In this document: piece after piece, positions 31,476 through 41,967 of the stretch
Position numbering within the stretch: position 1 is the first letter of the stretch
Layout of the letters: every line of letters starts with the position of its first letter
From: an uncultured Actinomycetes bacterium
Lineage (GTDB): Bacteria > Actinomycetota > Thermoleophilia > RBG-16-64-13
Direction of reading: 5' to 3'
Length of the DNA stretch: 64,000 bases
Assembly (NCBI GenBank): GCA_963706025.1
Contig: CAVPLM010000003.1
Coordinates: 32,001 to 96,000 of the forward strand
Program-made: the position numbers and the translations under genes
The notes under the pieces: generated by a model
Database searches by the model: none
The model's input: the letters and a program-made list of their open reading frames with translations, nothing else
Told to the model about the DNA's origin: nothing

Positions 31476-31519
31476 CTCTACGCTCGAGGCGTTCACCAGC
31501 TGCTGCCAGGCTCCGGCCG

Positions 31520-31813
31520 CTACCAGCTGTGGCGCAGCGCCCCGGCCGGGCAGGCGTCGGTGCAGGGAAGCTTGTGCTCCGAACCGCCGCTGCCGTTCTG
31601 ACCCTTGCACATGGAGCAAACCTCGCGGAGACGCTTCCGAGTCTTCTCCACCACCACAGCCACCAGGTCGTCGTAGTCGTCCGGCTCGACCGCGTAGACG
31701 CTCTGAGGGCAGGCGGTGACACACGGGTGGTGGGCGCAACGGGCGCAGAGACCGCCGTCGATGGTGATGTAGTAGAAGCCGGAGCCGTCCTCATAACCGT
31801 AGTTGGCGATCAT
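31520..31813 (-). CDS. bzdM: Benzoyl-CoA reductase-associated ferredoxin
   Basis: MIANYGYEDGSG-YITID, CxxC...CVTACP, CSMC...CTDACP...HSW; start overlaps the bzdQ stop (ATGA). Confidence 0.75.
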   Translation of the reverse strand: MIANYGYEDGSGFYYITIDGGLCARCAHHPCVTACPQSVYAVEPDDYDDLVAVVVEKTRKRLREVCSMCKGQNGSGGSEHKLPCTDACPAGALRHSW

Positions 31814-32703
31814 GCCGCGGCCGCCTTCTCCTTCTCCGCCTTCCTATGGAGAGAGTGAGCGAAGAGAGCCGCGCCCAGGGCGCCGGCGATCTGCGGGTCG
31901 AGCACCGAGTCCACCGGCAGCTTCACGGCCTCCACTCCGATCAGCCGCTCGATGCGCCGGGTCACCCCGATGTTCTTGCCGATGCCGCCCGTGATGAAGA
32001 ACTCGCGCTCCACCTCCATGCGCTCGATCAGTCCGGCCACCCGCTGGGCCATAGCCCCGCAGTAGGCGGCGAGCACTCGTTCGACGCTCCAGCCCGCTCG
32101 CAGCAGCGATGTGGCCTCCGACTTCGCGAACACGGTGCACACGTTGCTCACCGGAGGCGGTTCCTCGTCGATCTCGAATGAGCGCCGGCCGATATCCTCG
32201 ATCGGCACCGAAAGCGCGTCGGCGATGACTTCCATGCCCCGACCCGTCCCGGCCGCGCACTTGTCGTTCATGATGAAGTTGAGCACCTTGCCCCGCTCGT
32301 CGCAGCGGATGACCTTGCAGTCTTGGCCGCCCATGTCGAGGATGGTGCGCACGCTGGGCCCGCCCATGTAGTTGGCCCCCCGGGCGTGACAGGCGATCTC
32401 GGTGATGGTGCGGTCGGCGAAGGGTACGTTCACCCGGCCGTAGCCGGTGCCGACAGCGTAGCTCACGTCATCCAAGGTGAGGCCCAGGGACTCGCTCGCC
32501 CCTTTGAAGGCGCGCAGGGCGCTGTCAGGGCTCGAAGAGCCGGTGCGGGTGGAATGGAAGGAGAGCAGCTTGCCATCGGCGAGCAGCACGGCCTGAGAGC
32601 TCACCGACCCGACATCGATCCCCACCATGACGGCGGAGGCCATCCTCCAGTCGAGGTCAGGGGCCTGCCAGGTTCGTTCACTCCATCTCCAGAAATCTTG
32701 CAT
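31810..32703 (-). CDS. bzdQ: Benzoyl-CoA reductase bzd-type ATPase subunit Q (ASKHA activator family)
   Basis: N-terminal FWRWSE extension, GIDVGSVSSQAV, GTGYGRVNVPFA, TEIACHARGA, DMGGQDCK, MNDKCAAGTGRG, CTVFAKSE, TGGIGKN. Confidence 0.85.
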   Translation of the reverse strand: MQDFWRWSERTWQAPDLDWRMASAVMVGIDVGSVSSQAVLLADGKLLSFHSTRTGSSSPDSALRAFKGASESLGLTLDDVSYAVGTGYGRVNVPFADRTITEIACHARGANYMGGPSVRTILDMGGQDCKVIRCDERGKVLNFIMNDKCAAGTGRGMEVIADALSVPIEDIGRRSFEIDEEPPPVSNVCTVFAKSEATSLLRAGWSVERVLAAYCGAMAQRVAGLIERMEVEREFFITGGIGKNIGVTRRIERLIGVEAVKLPVDSVLDPQIAGALGAALFAHSLHRKAEKEKAAAA

Positions 32704-32877
32704 CTGTCCCCTCGCTCCCAGAGTCCTTCCTCAGCTCGGGCGCCGACCGGCCGGCCCAAGCGGCACCGGTGGATGATACCCGGCCGAAACGAGAGCGGGA
32801 AGAGGAGACCGCTCGTATCTTGGCGGCAACATCCCGTCCCTCACGAGTGGAATAGGGCTAAGGTACACGCGCAAGAT

Positions 32878-32910
32878 GGTAGGGTAGTAATGATACATTA
32901 CTTCCTTACC
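32878..32910 (+). promoter_or_regulatory. Palindromic operator upstream of the toxin-antitoxin operon
   Basis: AGTAATG-ATA-CATTACT (32886-32902), extended imperfectly by GGTAGGGT/TCCTTACC, directly before the AGGAG RBS. Confidence 0.7.
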
Positions 32911-32920
32911 AGGAGTTGTC

Positions 32921-33157
32921 ATGGAGACGCGAGCAGTGAGCAAGCTGACCAGCAAGTATCAGACCACGATCCCGGCGTGCATCCGGGATGCTCTGGGGCT
33001 ATCCAAGGGGGACTCGATGGTCTTCGAGACCGCAGACAATGGGACTGTGACCATGCGCAAGGCTGTCCCGCTGGACCTGGAGTTCGCCGGGGCGCTCGAG
33101 CCGCTTCTGTCAGAATGGGATTCCGACGAGGATGAGGAAGCCTACCGTGGCCTATGA
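32921..33157 (+). CDS. AbrB/MazE/SpoVT-family antitoxin
   Basis: SKLTSKYQTTIPACIRDALGLSKGD; acidic tail LSEWDSDEDEEAYRGL. Confidence 0.92.
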   Translation: METRAVSKLTSKYQTTIPACIRDALGLSKGDSMVFETADNGTVTMRKAVPLDLEFAGALEPLLSEWDSDEDEEAYRGL

Positions 33158-33518
33158 TCAGTGGGCCGTCGTCGTGGTGCCTTTTCCGTTCACCGACCGC
33201 AACACCCGGCGTCGTCGACCGGCGGTGGTGGTATCGCGTCCCTCCGAACTCGGCGCCCTCGTCAACCACAGTGTCCTTGCCATGATCACAAGCGCCGGCC
33301 ATCGCCGCTGGCCTCTCGACGTACCTATCACCGATCTCGCCACGGCCAGCATACCCGCACCGTCGGTAGTGCGCATGAAGCTGTTCACCCTGGATGACCG
33401 CCTCGTGCAACGACAGGCCGGGATGTTGGCCGCCATCGACGCCGCCGCGGTCGCTGAAGCGCTGGGCAGGTTGCTCTCGATTCGCTCGCAGGGTCGACTA
33501 GACCAGGCCGACGGCTAG
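33147..33518 (+). CDS. PemK/MazF-family toxin
   Basis: VVVVPFPFTD...RRRPAVVVS, AMITS, PSVVRMKLFTLD; GTG start overlaps the antitoxin end. Confidence 0.92.
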   Translation: MAYDQWAVVVVPFPFTDRNTRRRRPAVVVSRPSELGALVNHSVLAMITSAGHRRWPLDVPITDLATASIPAPSVVRMKLFTLDDRLVQRQAGMLAAIDAAAVAEALGRLLSIRSQGRLDQADG

Positions 33519-33525
33519 AGATTTC

Positions 33526-33556
33526 CCAGCCGGGGTGTGAGGCATCCCCGGCCTGG
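33526..33556. terminator. Hairpin between the convergent toxin and bzdP genes
   Basis: CCA-GCCGGGG...CCCCGGC-CTGG stem. Confidence 0.5.
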
Positions 33557-34339
33557 CTACCCCGGCGGCGCCGCCTCCCAGGCTATGAGGGCCGCGCCAT
33601 GCGCGCCTAGGTATTCGGCATCCGCCAGGACGTAGATATCCACCCCGCCCAAAGCCTCGGACAAGGATTTCACGAACCCGATGTTCAAGGCGGCCCCGCC
33701 GCCCAGCACGACCGGGTCCACGACGCCGATGCGCCGCACCATCGCCGACACCCGGCCGGCCATGGCGTCGTGCACGGCCCGGGCGATGTCGGCGGGAGGC
33801 GTGTTGGCGTGGATGAGGCTCACCACCTCAGACTCGGCGAACACGGTGCACTGAGCGTTCATGGGGATGGTCTCGGTGGAATCGAGAGAGGCTTTGGCGA
33901 AATCGTCCAGCGTCATGTCCAGCGCCCGGCTCATGGCCTCCACAAAGGCACCCGCCCCAGCGGCGCATTTCTCGTTGATGGCGAAGTCGACCACCTTGCC
34001 GCCATCGCCCAGACGGATGGCGCGGGCTTCGTCCGCGCCCACGTCGATGACAGTGCGGGCCCCCGGGTAGAGGTCGAAGGCGCCGCGGCCGTCCGCCGCG
34101 ACTTCGGTGGGCTGCTGACTCGCAGAAGAAAGGGCCTTCCGCCCGGCGCCGGTAGCCGCGACCACGTCGATGTCTTCGCGCCGGATGCCCGCTGCCGCGG
34201 CCGCTTGGGCCAGTCCCCGCTCCGCGGACTCCTCGTGGTCAAAACCGGAGGCCACGGCCGACCGAGCTACCAGCTCGCCATCTTTGAGGAGCACGACGTG
34301 CACGTTCTTCGCGCCCAAGTCGATACCCGCTACGATCAT
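33557..34339 (-). CDS. bzdP: Benzoyl-CoA reductase bzd-type ATPase subunit P / CoA-substrate activase
   Basis: AGIDLGAKN, ATGAGRK, IDVGADEAR, INEKCAAGAGAFVEAMSRAL, MNAQCTVFAESEVVSLIH; same strand and context as bzdQ/bzdM. Confidence 0.78.
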   Translation of the reverse strand: MIVAGIDLGAKNVHVVLLKDGELVARSAVASGFDHEESAERGLAQAAAAAGIRREDIDVVAATGAGRKALSSASQQPTEVAADGRGAFDLYPGARTVIDVGADEARAIRLGDGGKVVDFAINEKCAAGAGAFVEAMSRALDMTLDDFAKASLDSTETIPMNAQCTVFAESEVVSLIHANTPPADIARAVHDAMAGRVSAMVRRIGVVDPVVLGGGAALNIGFVKSLSEALGGVDIYVLADAEYLGAHGAALIAWEAAPPG

Positions 34340-34974
34340 GCCCGGCTAATCCGCCATTCTGCCGGGTCGAGCGCAAGCCCACAAGCGAGAGCCTTCACAT
34401 TCATTTCCTCGGTGCCCGCCGGTACCACGCCCATCACCGCTTTGCGTAGCGACTCGACCGAGACTATGCCCGTGATTCCCGCCACCGCGCCCAACGTAAG
34501 GATGTTCATGGTCTGTTGACGCCCTGTCTGCTCCACCGCCAGGCGGGTGAACGGGATCCCGAAGCTGACACCCCCGAACGCGGGCGGCTCGACGACATAC
34601 TCGAGGTCGTACATGAGAACGCCATTGGGGCGTAGGTACCGAGCGTAGCCCCTCGCCGAGTCTTGAGACAGGGCCACGAGCAGATCGACCTGGTCCAACT
34701 CGGGGTAGTCTATCGGCTGGTCCGAGATGAGGATGTCACTGCGGCTGTAGCCGCCACGCGCCTCCGGTCCGTACGACTGCGTCTGCACCACGTAGCGATG
34801 ATCTCGCGTGGCCGCCATCGCTAGGATGACACCCATGAGGATCACACCCTGGCCGCCGCTCCCCGCAAAACGCACCTCCAGGAAGTCGCGCGTCGCCAGC
34901 AGACCCGTGGCCACCTGCGCCTGATCGGGGCTGGGGTCCGCGCCGTCGGGTCCGTCCGGAGCTGCGGCTCTCAC
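34336..34974 (-). CDS. korC: 2-oxoacid:ferredoxin oxidoreductase gamma subunit
   Basis: RFAGSGGQGVIL, QSYGPEARGG. Confidence 0.9.
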   Translation of the reverse strand: MRAAAPDGPDGADPSPDQAQVATGLLATRDFLEVRFAGSGGQGVILMGVILAMAATRDHRYVVQTQSYGPEARGGYSRSDILISDQPIDYPELDQVDLLVALSQDSARGYARYLRPNGVLMYDLEYVVEPPAFGGVSFGIPFTRLAVEQTGRQQTMNILTLGAVAGITGIVSVESLRKAVMGVVPAGTEEMNVKALACGLALDPAEWRISRA

Positions 34975-35870
34975 TAGTCCTCCTCCTGGCCGGCCTGCTC
35001 GGCGGCCTCTGCTGCGGCCCCTTGCTCCGCCTCCGCGCGAGCCCGCTCTGCGGCCTCCGCGGTGGCGCGGGCCGCCATCTCCGCATAGGTCCGCTGGAAC
35101 TCAGGCGCGTCGACATCGCGGTGAAGTATCCCCGTTACGATCTTGTCCGCCAGTTCTTCGGCGGACATCGTCGCTGCTTTGCTTTTCGACACCGATCTGG
35201 CTTTCTCTTCATCCAGCATCGCCACCGCGCTCGCGGGCTTGTTCCGCTTGCCGTATTCCGTAGGGCACGGGACGACCGCTTCGATGAACGCGAAACCCGG
35301 GTGCTGGATCCCCTGCTTGATGAGCTTCTCCAAGGGCCTGATCTGGGCCGCAGTGCCCCGGGCCACGAAGCTTGCTCCCGCCGCCTCAGCCAACCGGCAC
35401 AGGTCGAAGGGCGGCTCTGCCTGGCCGTAGGGGGCCGTGGTGGCCCGATCACCCAGTTCCATCGTGGGGGAGAGCTGACCGCCGGTCATGCCGTAGATCT
35501 GGTTGTTGAACAAGATGCAGGTTATGTCGATGTTGCGCCGGCAGGCGTGGATCAAGTGGTTGCCTCCGATCGCGGCGCCGTCGCCGTCGCCGGTAACCAC
35601 GATCACGGTGAAATCGGGCCTGGCCATCTTTATTCCGGTAGCAAAAGCCAGCGCGCGGCCGTGGATCGCATGCACGCTACCGAGATCGACATAACCGGCC
35701 GCCCTGCTGGAGCAGCCGATGCCACCCACCACCACTGTCTCCTCGCGCTTCAACCCCAGATCGACCGCAGCCCGCAGGAAGGCCCCCGTCACTATGCCGA
35801 TCCCACAACCGGCGCACCAGATATGTGGGAGCCGCTCACTGTGCAGGAACTGCTCGATCTCGAGGGTCAT
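34974..35870 (-). CDS. korB: 2-oxoacid:ferredoxin oxidoreductase beta subunit (TPP-binding)
   Basis: WCAGCG, GIGCS, GDGDGAAIGGNH, NNQIYGMTGGQ, PCPT. Confidence 0.93.
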   Translation of the reverse strand: MTLEIEQFLHSERLPHIWCAGCGIGIVTGAFLRAAVDLGLKREETVVVGGIGCSSRAAGYVDLGSVHAIHGRALAFATGIKMARPDFTVIVVTGDGDGAAIGGNHLIHACRRNIDITCILFNNQIYGMTGGQLSPTMELGDRATTAPYGQAEPPFDLCRLAEAAGASFVARGTAAQIRPLEKLIKQGIQHPGFAFIEAVVPCPTEYGKRNKPASAVAMLDEEKARSVSKSKAATMSAEELADKIVTGILHRDVDAPEFQRTYAEMAARATAEAAERARAEAEQGAAAEAAEQAGQEED

Positions 35871-35933
35871 AGAGACCTCCCGTCGACCGTCCGTACTTGG
35901 CCGACCGCAGCGCGGTCCGCATCGCCCGCTGCG

Positions 35934-37112
35934 TCAGACCGTCTCATACTTGCCCACCAACTGGGTCACCCGCTCGAGGATCTCGCGCGGGGTGATCAGG
36001 GTTCCGTCGACCTTGCCCATGCTGATCACGGTCGTCCAGTTCTCGGCCATCTTGCGAACCTCGCGCGCATACTGGCCCAGGTTCAACTCGGGGATCAGGA
36101 TGAACTCTACCCGCCGGGCCACCGCCTGGATGATCTCCACCGGTAAGGGGAAAAGGGTGTAGAGGTGGAGCACCTCCACCGGCAGTCCTTCTTGGTCGGC
36201 CAGCTTCCAGGCCGCCCGAGCGCTGCGCGCACAGGAGCCGTATGCCACGATGCACACCCGGCCCTTGCCCTCGTTCTTGATGTCGTAGAGGCAGAGCTCA
36301 TCCCTGTGGTTGCCCACCTTGTCGAAGAGCTCGCGCAGGAACTGCTCGCTCTTCGCGTTCTCGTTCGCGGGGAACCCGGTCTCGTCGTGGATGAGTCCGG
36401 TCACGTGGGGATGGGTCTTCGAGCCCAGGACGTGAGGCGGATGCACCTCTCGCACAAGATCAGGATGGACGTATCCGGGGGTGAAGTCGAAATCACCGCT
36501 CGTGAGCCGGTATCGGCTGGCGAGTTCGGGAGAGAAGCTCTCCCGCATGTGACCGACCACCTCATCGGCCAGCAGTGTGACCGGGGTGCGGAAGCGCTGG
36601 CCGAAGCGCACTGCCGCCATGGTCAGCCGGTACATATCGGCCACGTTCGAAGCCGCCAGCACGATGGCGGGGTGGTCGCCGTGGGTACCCCATCGGGCCT
36701 GCATGACGTCGCCTTGCGACGGGGCGGTCGGGCGCCCGGTCGAGGGACCCGCCCTCATGACATCTACGATGACGAGTGGCGCCTCCGCCATGATGGCGTA
36801 GCCGATGGCCTCCTGCATCAGCGAGAAGCCGGGGCCGGAGGTGGCGGTCATAGCCAGCTGGCCGGCCAAAGACGCCCCGATGCAGGCGCAGATCGAGGCG
36901 ATCTCATCCTCCATCTGAACGAAGACGCCGCCCACCCTAGGCAGCTCATAAGCCATGGCTTCCATTATCTCGGAGCTGGGAGTGATGGGATATCCGGCGA
37001 AGAAACGGACCCCGGCGTCAAGAGCGCCCAAGGCACACGCCCGGTTTCCCTGGACCAACATGCTGGTCTGGTCAATCTGCTCCCGTAACAGGTGAGTGTG
37101 CCAGAGTTCCAT
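35934..37112 (-). CDS. korA: 2-oxoacid:ferredoxin oxidoreductase alpha subunit
   Basis: FFAGYPITPSSE, QMEDE, TATSGPGFSLMQE, RAGPSTG, ELNLGQY. Confidence 0.93.
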   Translation of the reverse strand: MELWHTHLLREQIDQTSMLVQGNRACALGALDAGVRFFAGYPITPSSEIMEAMAYELPRVGGVFVQMEDEIASICACIGASLAGQLAMTATSGPGFSLMQEAIGYAIMAEAPLVIVDVMRAGPSTGRPTAPSQGDVMQARWGTHGDHPAIVLAASNVADMYRLTMAAVRFGQRFRTPVTLLADEVVGHMRESFSPELASRYRLTSGDFDFTPGYVHPDLVREVHPPHVLGSKTHPHVTGLIHDETGFPANENAKSEQFLRELFDKVGNHRDELCLYDIKNEGKGRVCIVAYGSCARSARAAWKLADQEGLPVEVLHLYTLFPLPVEIIQAVARRVEFILIPELNLGQYAREVRKMAENWTTVISMGKVDGTLITPREILERVTQLVGKYETV

Positions 37113-37130
37113 CTCGACCCGGCCCTGCGG

Positions 37131-37796
37131 CTACTGTCCGCTCCGCCGCTCGTTATCCGGCGAGCGGAGATAGGCGATGATCACGTCGGCCAACTTGTGG
37201 ATGAGGAGGTCGCCGGGCACCGACTCCGGAAACAAGACCCCCGACCGGCACCTCTGCACGTTCTCCTCCTGGGCCGCCTGCCACAGCCGGGAAGCGACCC
37301 GAGCCGCCGACTCCGGGTCCGAATGCCCGATCTGGGCCGCATGGCCCATCAGGATGTCAACCTCGAGGCTCTCCACCTGCGCCTTGTAGCGGTAGCCCCG
37401 CTGCCGCAGGACGGAGTCGGTAGCGCCGCACACCACGAAAGCCTCGAGTAGTCTGTCGTTTCCTCTGGTCGCCGCCTGTTTGATCTCGACCAGACCGCGC
37501 ACGGTTCGTTCAAGCGAAAGCGCAGTCCAGTCGACCTTGGCCGCCTGCTCGCGTATCTGCATCTCTTCGCGGCCGTGCACCCTCTCCTGCACCGCATGGA
37601 GAAGAGCGGTCTTGTCTTCGAAGCGGGCATAGAAAGTACCGATGGACGTGTCCGACCGGCGCACCACCTCTGCAACGGTGAGCGCTTCGTAGCCCTTTGT
37701 TCGGATCAGCGTCTCCGCAGTCCTGAGGATCCGCTCCAAAGAGTCGGAACTGCGTTGCTGACGGGGCGTCTTGACGGCGTGTGCGGACTCGGCCAC
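37131..37796 (-). CDS. TetR/AcrR-family regulator, probably leaderless
   Basis: PRQQRS...LTVAEVVRRSDTSIGTFYARFEDK HTH; TAGAAT 6 nt before the GTG start. Confidence 0.92.
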   Translation of the reverse strand: MAESAHAVKTPRQQRSSDSLERILRTAETLIRTKGYEALTVAEVVRRSDTSIGTFYARFEDKTALLHAVQERVHGREEMQIREQAAKVDWTALSLERTVRGLVEIKQAATRGNDRLLEAFVVCGATDSVLRQRGYRYKAQVESLEVDILMGHAAQIGHSDPESAARVASRLWQAAQEENVQRCRSGVLFPESVPGDLLIHKLADVIIAYLRSPDNERRSGQ

Positions 37797-37847
37797 AGTG
37801 CGATTCTATCACCGGATCGGCAGGGACACCACCTTCTGTCACCTGAC

Positions 37848-37876
37848 TTGACGATAGAATCTAGATTCTATATTCT
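37848..37876 (+). promoter_or_regulatory. Sigma70-type promoter TTGACG-N17-TATTCT with a perfect 18-bp palindrome ATAGAATCTAGATTCTAT across the spacer
   Basis: -35 at 37848-37853, palindrome at 37854-37871, -10 at 37871-37876; points toward gltA and lies next to the divergent tetR. Confidence 0.8.
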
Positions 37877-38038
37877 ATGCGGCGCTCGCCCGTCCGGGAG
37901 CCCTCCCCCCTGGCTCCCGACGGGCTCGAGCCCACCGCCCTCCTCCGACCCTCGACAAGAGAGGCGTCACGATCATCGACTGGCCGGTAGACTATCGCGA
38001 GAACCCCATCCTAGGAGACGAGCAGAAAGGTCGGGGAT

Positions 38039-39397
<1,359 letters not shown>

Positions 39398-39421
39398 CCG
39401 TTCGCTCGGGCGGGGACGATC

Positions 39422-39775
39422 CTAGAAGTGCGCGACCGCGGTGGACTCCTGGGCTAGGTAGCCCTTCAGAAAGGGAAGGTGCCTCAGGAAGTAGGTCTCG
39501 GGTTCGGTGCGGATCGTCACCTCGTACCACCGACTGCTCGCCTTGTGGTATCCGGCTGCGATGAGCTGCACGCCCGCTTCGTCGGCGATCCCCTGGACCA
39601 CCGCTTCGGCCGCCGTCTCGCTGCCTTTTGTGGCCACGAACGTCTGGGCAGCCTGCTCCGCTGCACCTTTGGCCACTTCCACCGCGGTGCGGTGAGCCGC
39701 ATACATCCCCAGGCCGTCGACCACCAACGCGGCGGCGACCGCCAGTACGATAACGATTACTATAATCGCCCTCAT
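39422..39775 (-). CDS. Small membrane-anchored protein, TadE/TadG pseudopilin-like
   Basis: N-terminal TM ending VVDG, followed by an Ala-rich helix (AKGAAEQAA). Confidence 0.6.
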   Translation of the reverse strand: MRAIIVIVIVLAVAAALVVDGLGMYAAHRTAVEVAKGAAEQAAQTFVATKGSETAAEAVVQGIADEAGVQLIAAGYHKASSRWYEVTIRTEPETYFLRHLPFLKGYLAQESTAVAHF

Positions 39776-39805
39776 ACGTATTGGAACGACGATCGAACTC
39801 GAAAG

Positions 39806-41881
39806 TTACGCACGGGCCCTGCGTCGCCGTATACCCAGGACCGCAAGAGTCACCGCGCCCACGACCACGGCCGCCAGCACCGCCCAGGGAAGAAACGTCA
39901 TCACCGTGACCGGGCGGACAGAGTGACTCAACTGGTCGAGCGTGCTCGCGCCGGCCATCAATCGGACATCCAGACGAAAGGGGTTTTCGGCGGTCACGAC
40001 TTCCACAGGCACCTCGTTCCCACCCGGTTGAAGTTCGACCGCGAACGATCCTCCGTCGGGAAGGGTCAGGCCATCCCCGGCCAATTGCACCTCCACCTCG
40101 AGCGGGTAGTCGGCCCCATTGTCCACAGACAGGGTCACCGTTCCCCGGCGCCCGATGATCCGGGTGGGGGCGGCACCCGCGAACTTCACCTTGTCCAACT
40201 CGCCTTCGGCCATGGTCAGAGCCTGCTCCGCGTAGGAGAGACCGATGCTGGCCACTTTCGGGCTGGTCTGGGGATGCCACCACCAGCGACTCTCCGCGGT
40301 ATAGAGCAGGCGGCGGGCACTCTCCACGGGTCCTGCGGCAGGGTCGGCGGCCGCGGCCAAGTCGGCCACGGCTGCGTGCGCAGCCCGGAGGCTGGCGAGC
40401 ATAGCCCCTTCGATATAGCCCTGGGCCCCGCTTGCGCTCCGGGTCAGCAGAACCGGCCGCGTGTCCGGGACGTGGGCGCGGAGAAGCGACGTGAGGGTCT
40501 GCGTCTCGACCCAAGCTGCCCCAGTCAAGGACTCACCGATGGCCTCCAGGTAGGAGCTCGGCGGCACCATGAAATCCCCCCCCGGAGTGATCACCAGCGC
40601 GTCCCTGGGAACAAGCGCGAGCTCTGTCGCCAACCCGGCGAAGAACACCCCCGCGTCCCAGGGGGGCACCATCAAGGAGTGGAGGCTGCTGCTCGTGAAG
40701 ACGAGGGTGACGCGGTCGTTGTCGGTATCGCGCACCCGCGCGGCCACGGCCCCCTCAGCCACCGGCTCGGTGAGATCCGCAGCAAGCTGACCGTCCACGA
40801 CGACGTGATCGATGGAGGCCTGTCCATAGTAGGCCAGGCTCTCGGTAGTCATGTCCAGATCGGGCGAATAGGCTCCGACGGGCACCGACGCCAGGCCCAG
40901 GGTCTGCCTCAACTCCTGCTTGCCCAGTTGTATCTGATCGAAACCGTCCCGCCATCCCTCCGCCGCCAGCGCGCCGAGAGCCGCGCCGGAGTAAGGACCG
41001 GCAGCCATCTCGACAGTCTCCGCGCCCCCCATGTCTTTGAATGCCGCCAAGACCTCGACGGCGTTCTTGGCAGCCGGATCATCCGCGCTCACCTCCTCGG
41101 GCGCGCCGGAGCCGTCAAGTCGTACGTAGCCGTCGGCCATGTCCCGGAGTTGGGTCAGGAGGATGGGCTCGATAGCCACGGTGAACCGCCAGTCGGGGAA
41201 CCGGCGGGACAGCTCGGTGACCGCGTGCAGATTGGAAGAGGACCCGTTCGAAGGGGCGACGGCCTGCTCCAATACCTGGTCGAAGAAGGTCCCGGTCGGA
41301 TCGCGATGTACCCCCAGGGCGACCGGCAGCACAAAGGCCACGTCGAGAGGTAGCTCTCGCGGAGCCACCTTGCCGAACCACGCCGACCCCGTCGCGCCGA
41401 CCACTCCGCCCGAACTCAACTCGACCGTGACCAGATAACCCCCGGGAAGAGCCAGGAGGTCGCCCGGGATGAGCACGGGGATGGTCCATGGCTCTAGGCC
41501 CGCTCCTGTTGAGGTCTCGGCGGGGAGGGAAGGGCCGATACCGGCCGAGAAACTCGCCGCCTCCGGCAGTCGGGGGTCCGCCTGGCCCACCTGAGAAGGC
41601 TCGGCCGGTCCGGTGATCCGCACCGCCAGTTCGGCCTCGACCGCCGGGTACGCGCCCTCGCCCTGGATCCTCAGGGTGACACTCTGACCCACCAGGCTGA
41701 GGCCGGGTCTCGCCTCGACAGTGAGGGTGTCGGCGGCCTGCGCGGGCGACGCCGGCAAGGCGGCCAGGAGGATCATGGCCACGGTCAGCGCGGCCACAGC
41801 GACGACGAAGGCCGCGACGGGCGGGAGCGGACGCCGACTGGGCGTACGGCGAAGCATGAAGGGCGATCCGGCGAGCCTCAT
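39806..41881 (-). CDS. DUF6049-like secreted/membrane-anchored protein
   Basis: Signal peptide, TVAIEPILL and AGPYS motifs, YTAESRWW, Ig-like region, C-terminal TM plus RRRRARA. Confidence 0.7.
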   Translation of the reverse strand: MRLAGSPFMLRRTPSRRPLPPVAAFVVAVAALTVAMILLAALPASPAQAADTLTVEARPGLSLVGQSVTLRIQGEGAYPAVEAELAVRITGPAEPSQVGQADPRLPEAASFSAGIGPSLPAETSTGAGLEPWTIPVLIPGDLLALPGGYLVTVELSSGGVVGATGSAWFGKVAPRELPLDVAFVLPVALGVHRDPTGTFFDQVLEQAVAPSNGSSSNLHAVTELSRRFPDWRFTVAIEPILLTQLRDMADGYVRLDGSGAPEEVSADDPAAKNAVEVLAAFKDMGGAETVEMAAGPYSGAALGALAAEGWRDGFDQIQLGKQELRQTLGLASVPVGAYSPDLDMTTESLAYYGQASIDHVVVDGQLAADLTEPVAEGAVAARVRDTDNDRVTLVFTSSSLHSLMVPPWDAGVFFAGLATELALVPRDALVITPGGDFMVPPSSYLEAIGESLTGAAWVETQTLTSLLRAHVPDTRPVLLTRSASGAQGYIEGAMLASLRAAHAAVADLAAAADPAAGPVESARRLLYTAESRWWWHPQTSPKVASIGLSYAEQALTMAEGELDKVKFAGAAPTRIIGRRGTVTLSVDNGADYPLEVEVQLAGDGLTLPDGGSFAVELQPGGNEVPVEVVTAENPFRLDVRLMAGASTLDQLSHSVRPVTVMTFLPWAVLAAVVVGAVTLAVLGIRRRRARA

Positions 41882-41967
41882 GGCGCTTCAGTGTAGCATG
41901 GGGCCTTGCGGGGCCCGGACACAGCTCGGCCGTTCTGGGACCGGTTCTTGACCCCGAAGGCTCCGCC

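Noticed and set aside
32731-32955. Minus-strand 74-aa ORF as a remnant of bzdN/O
   Set aside because: No dehydratase or reductase motifs; it overlaps the TA promoter and antitoxin start.
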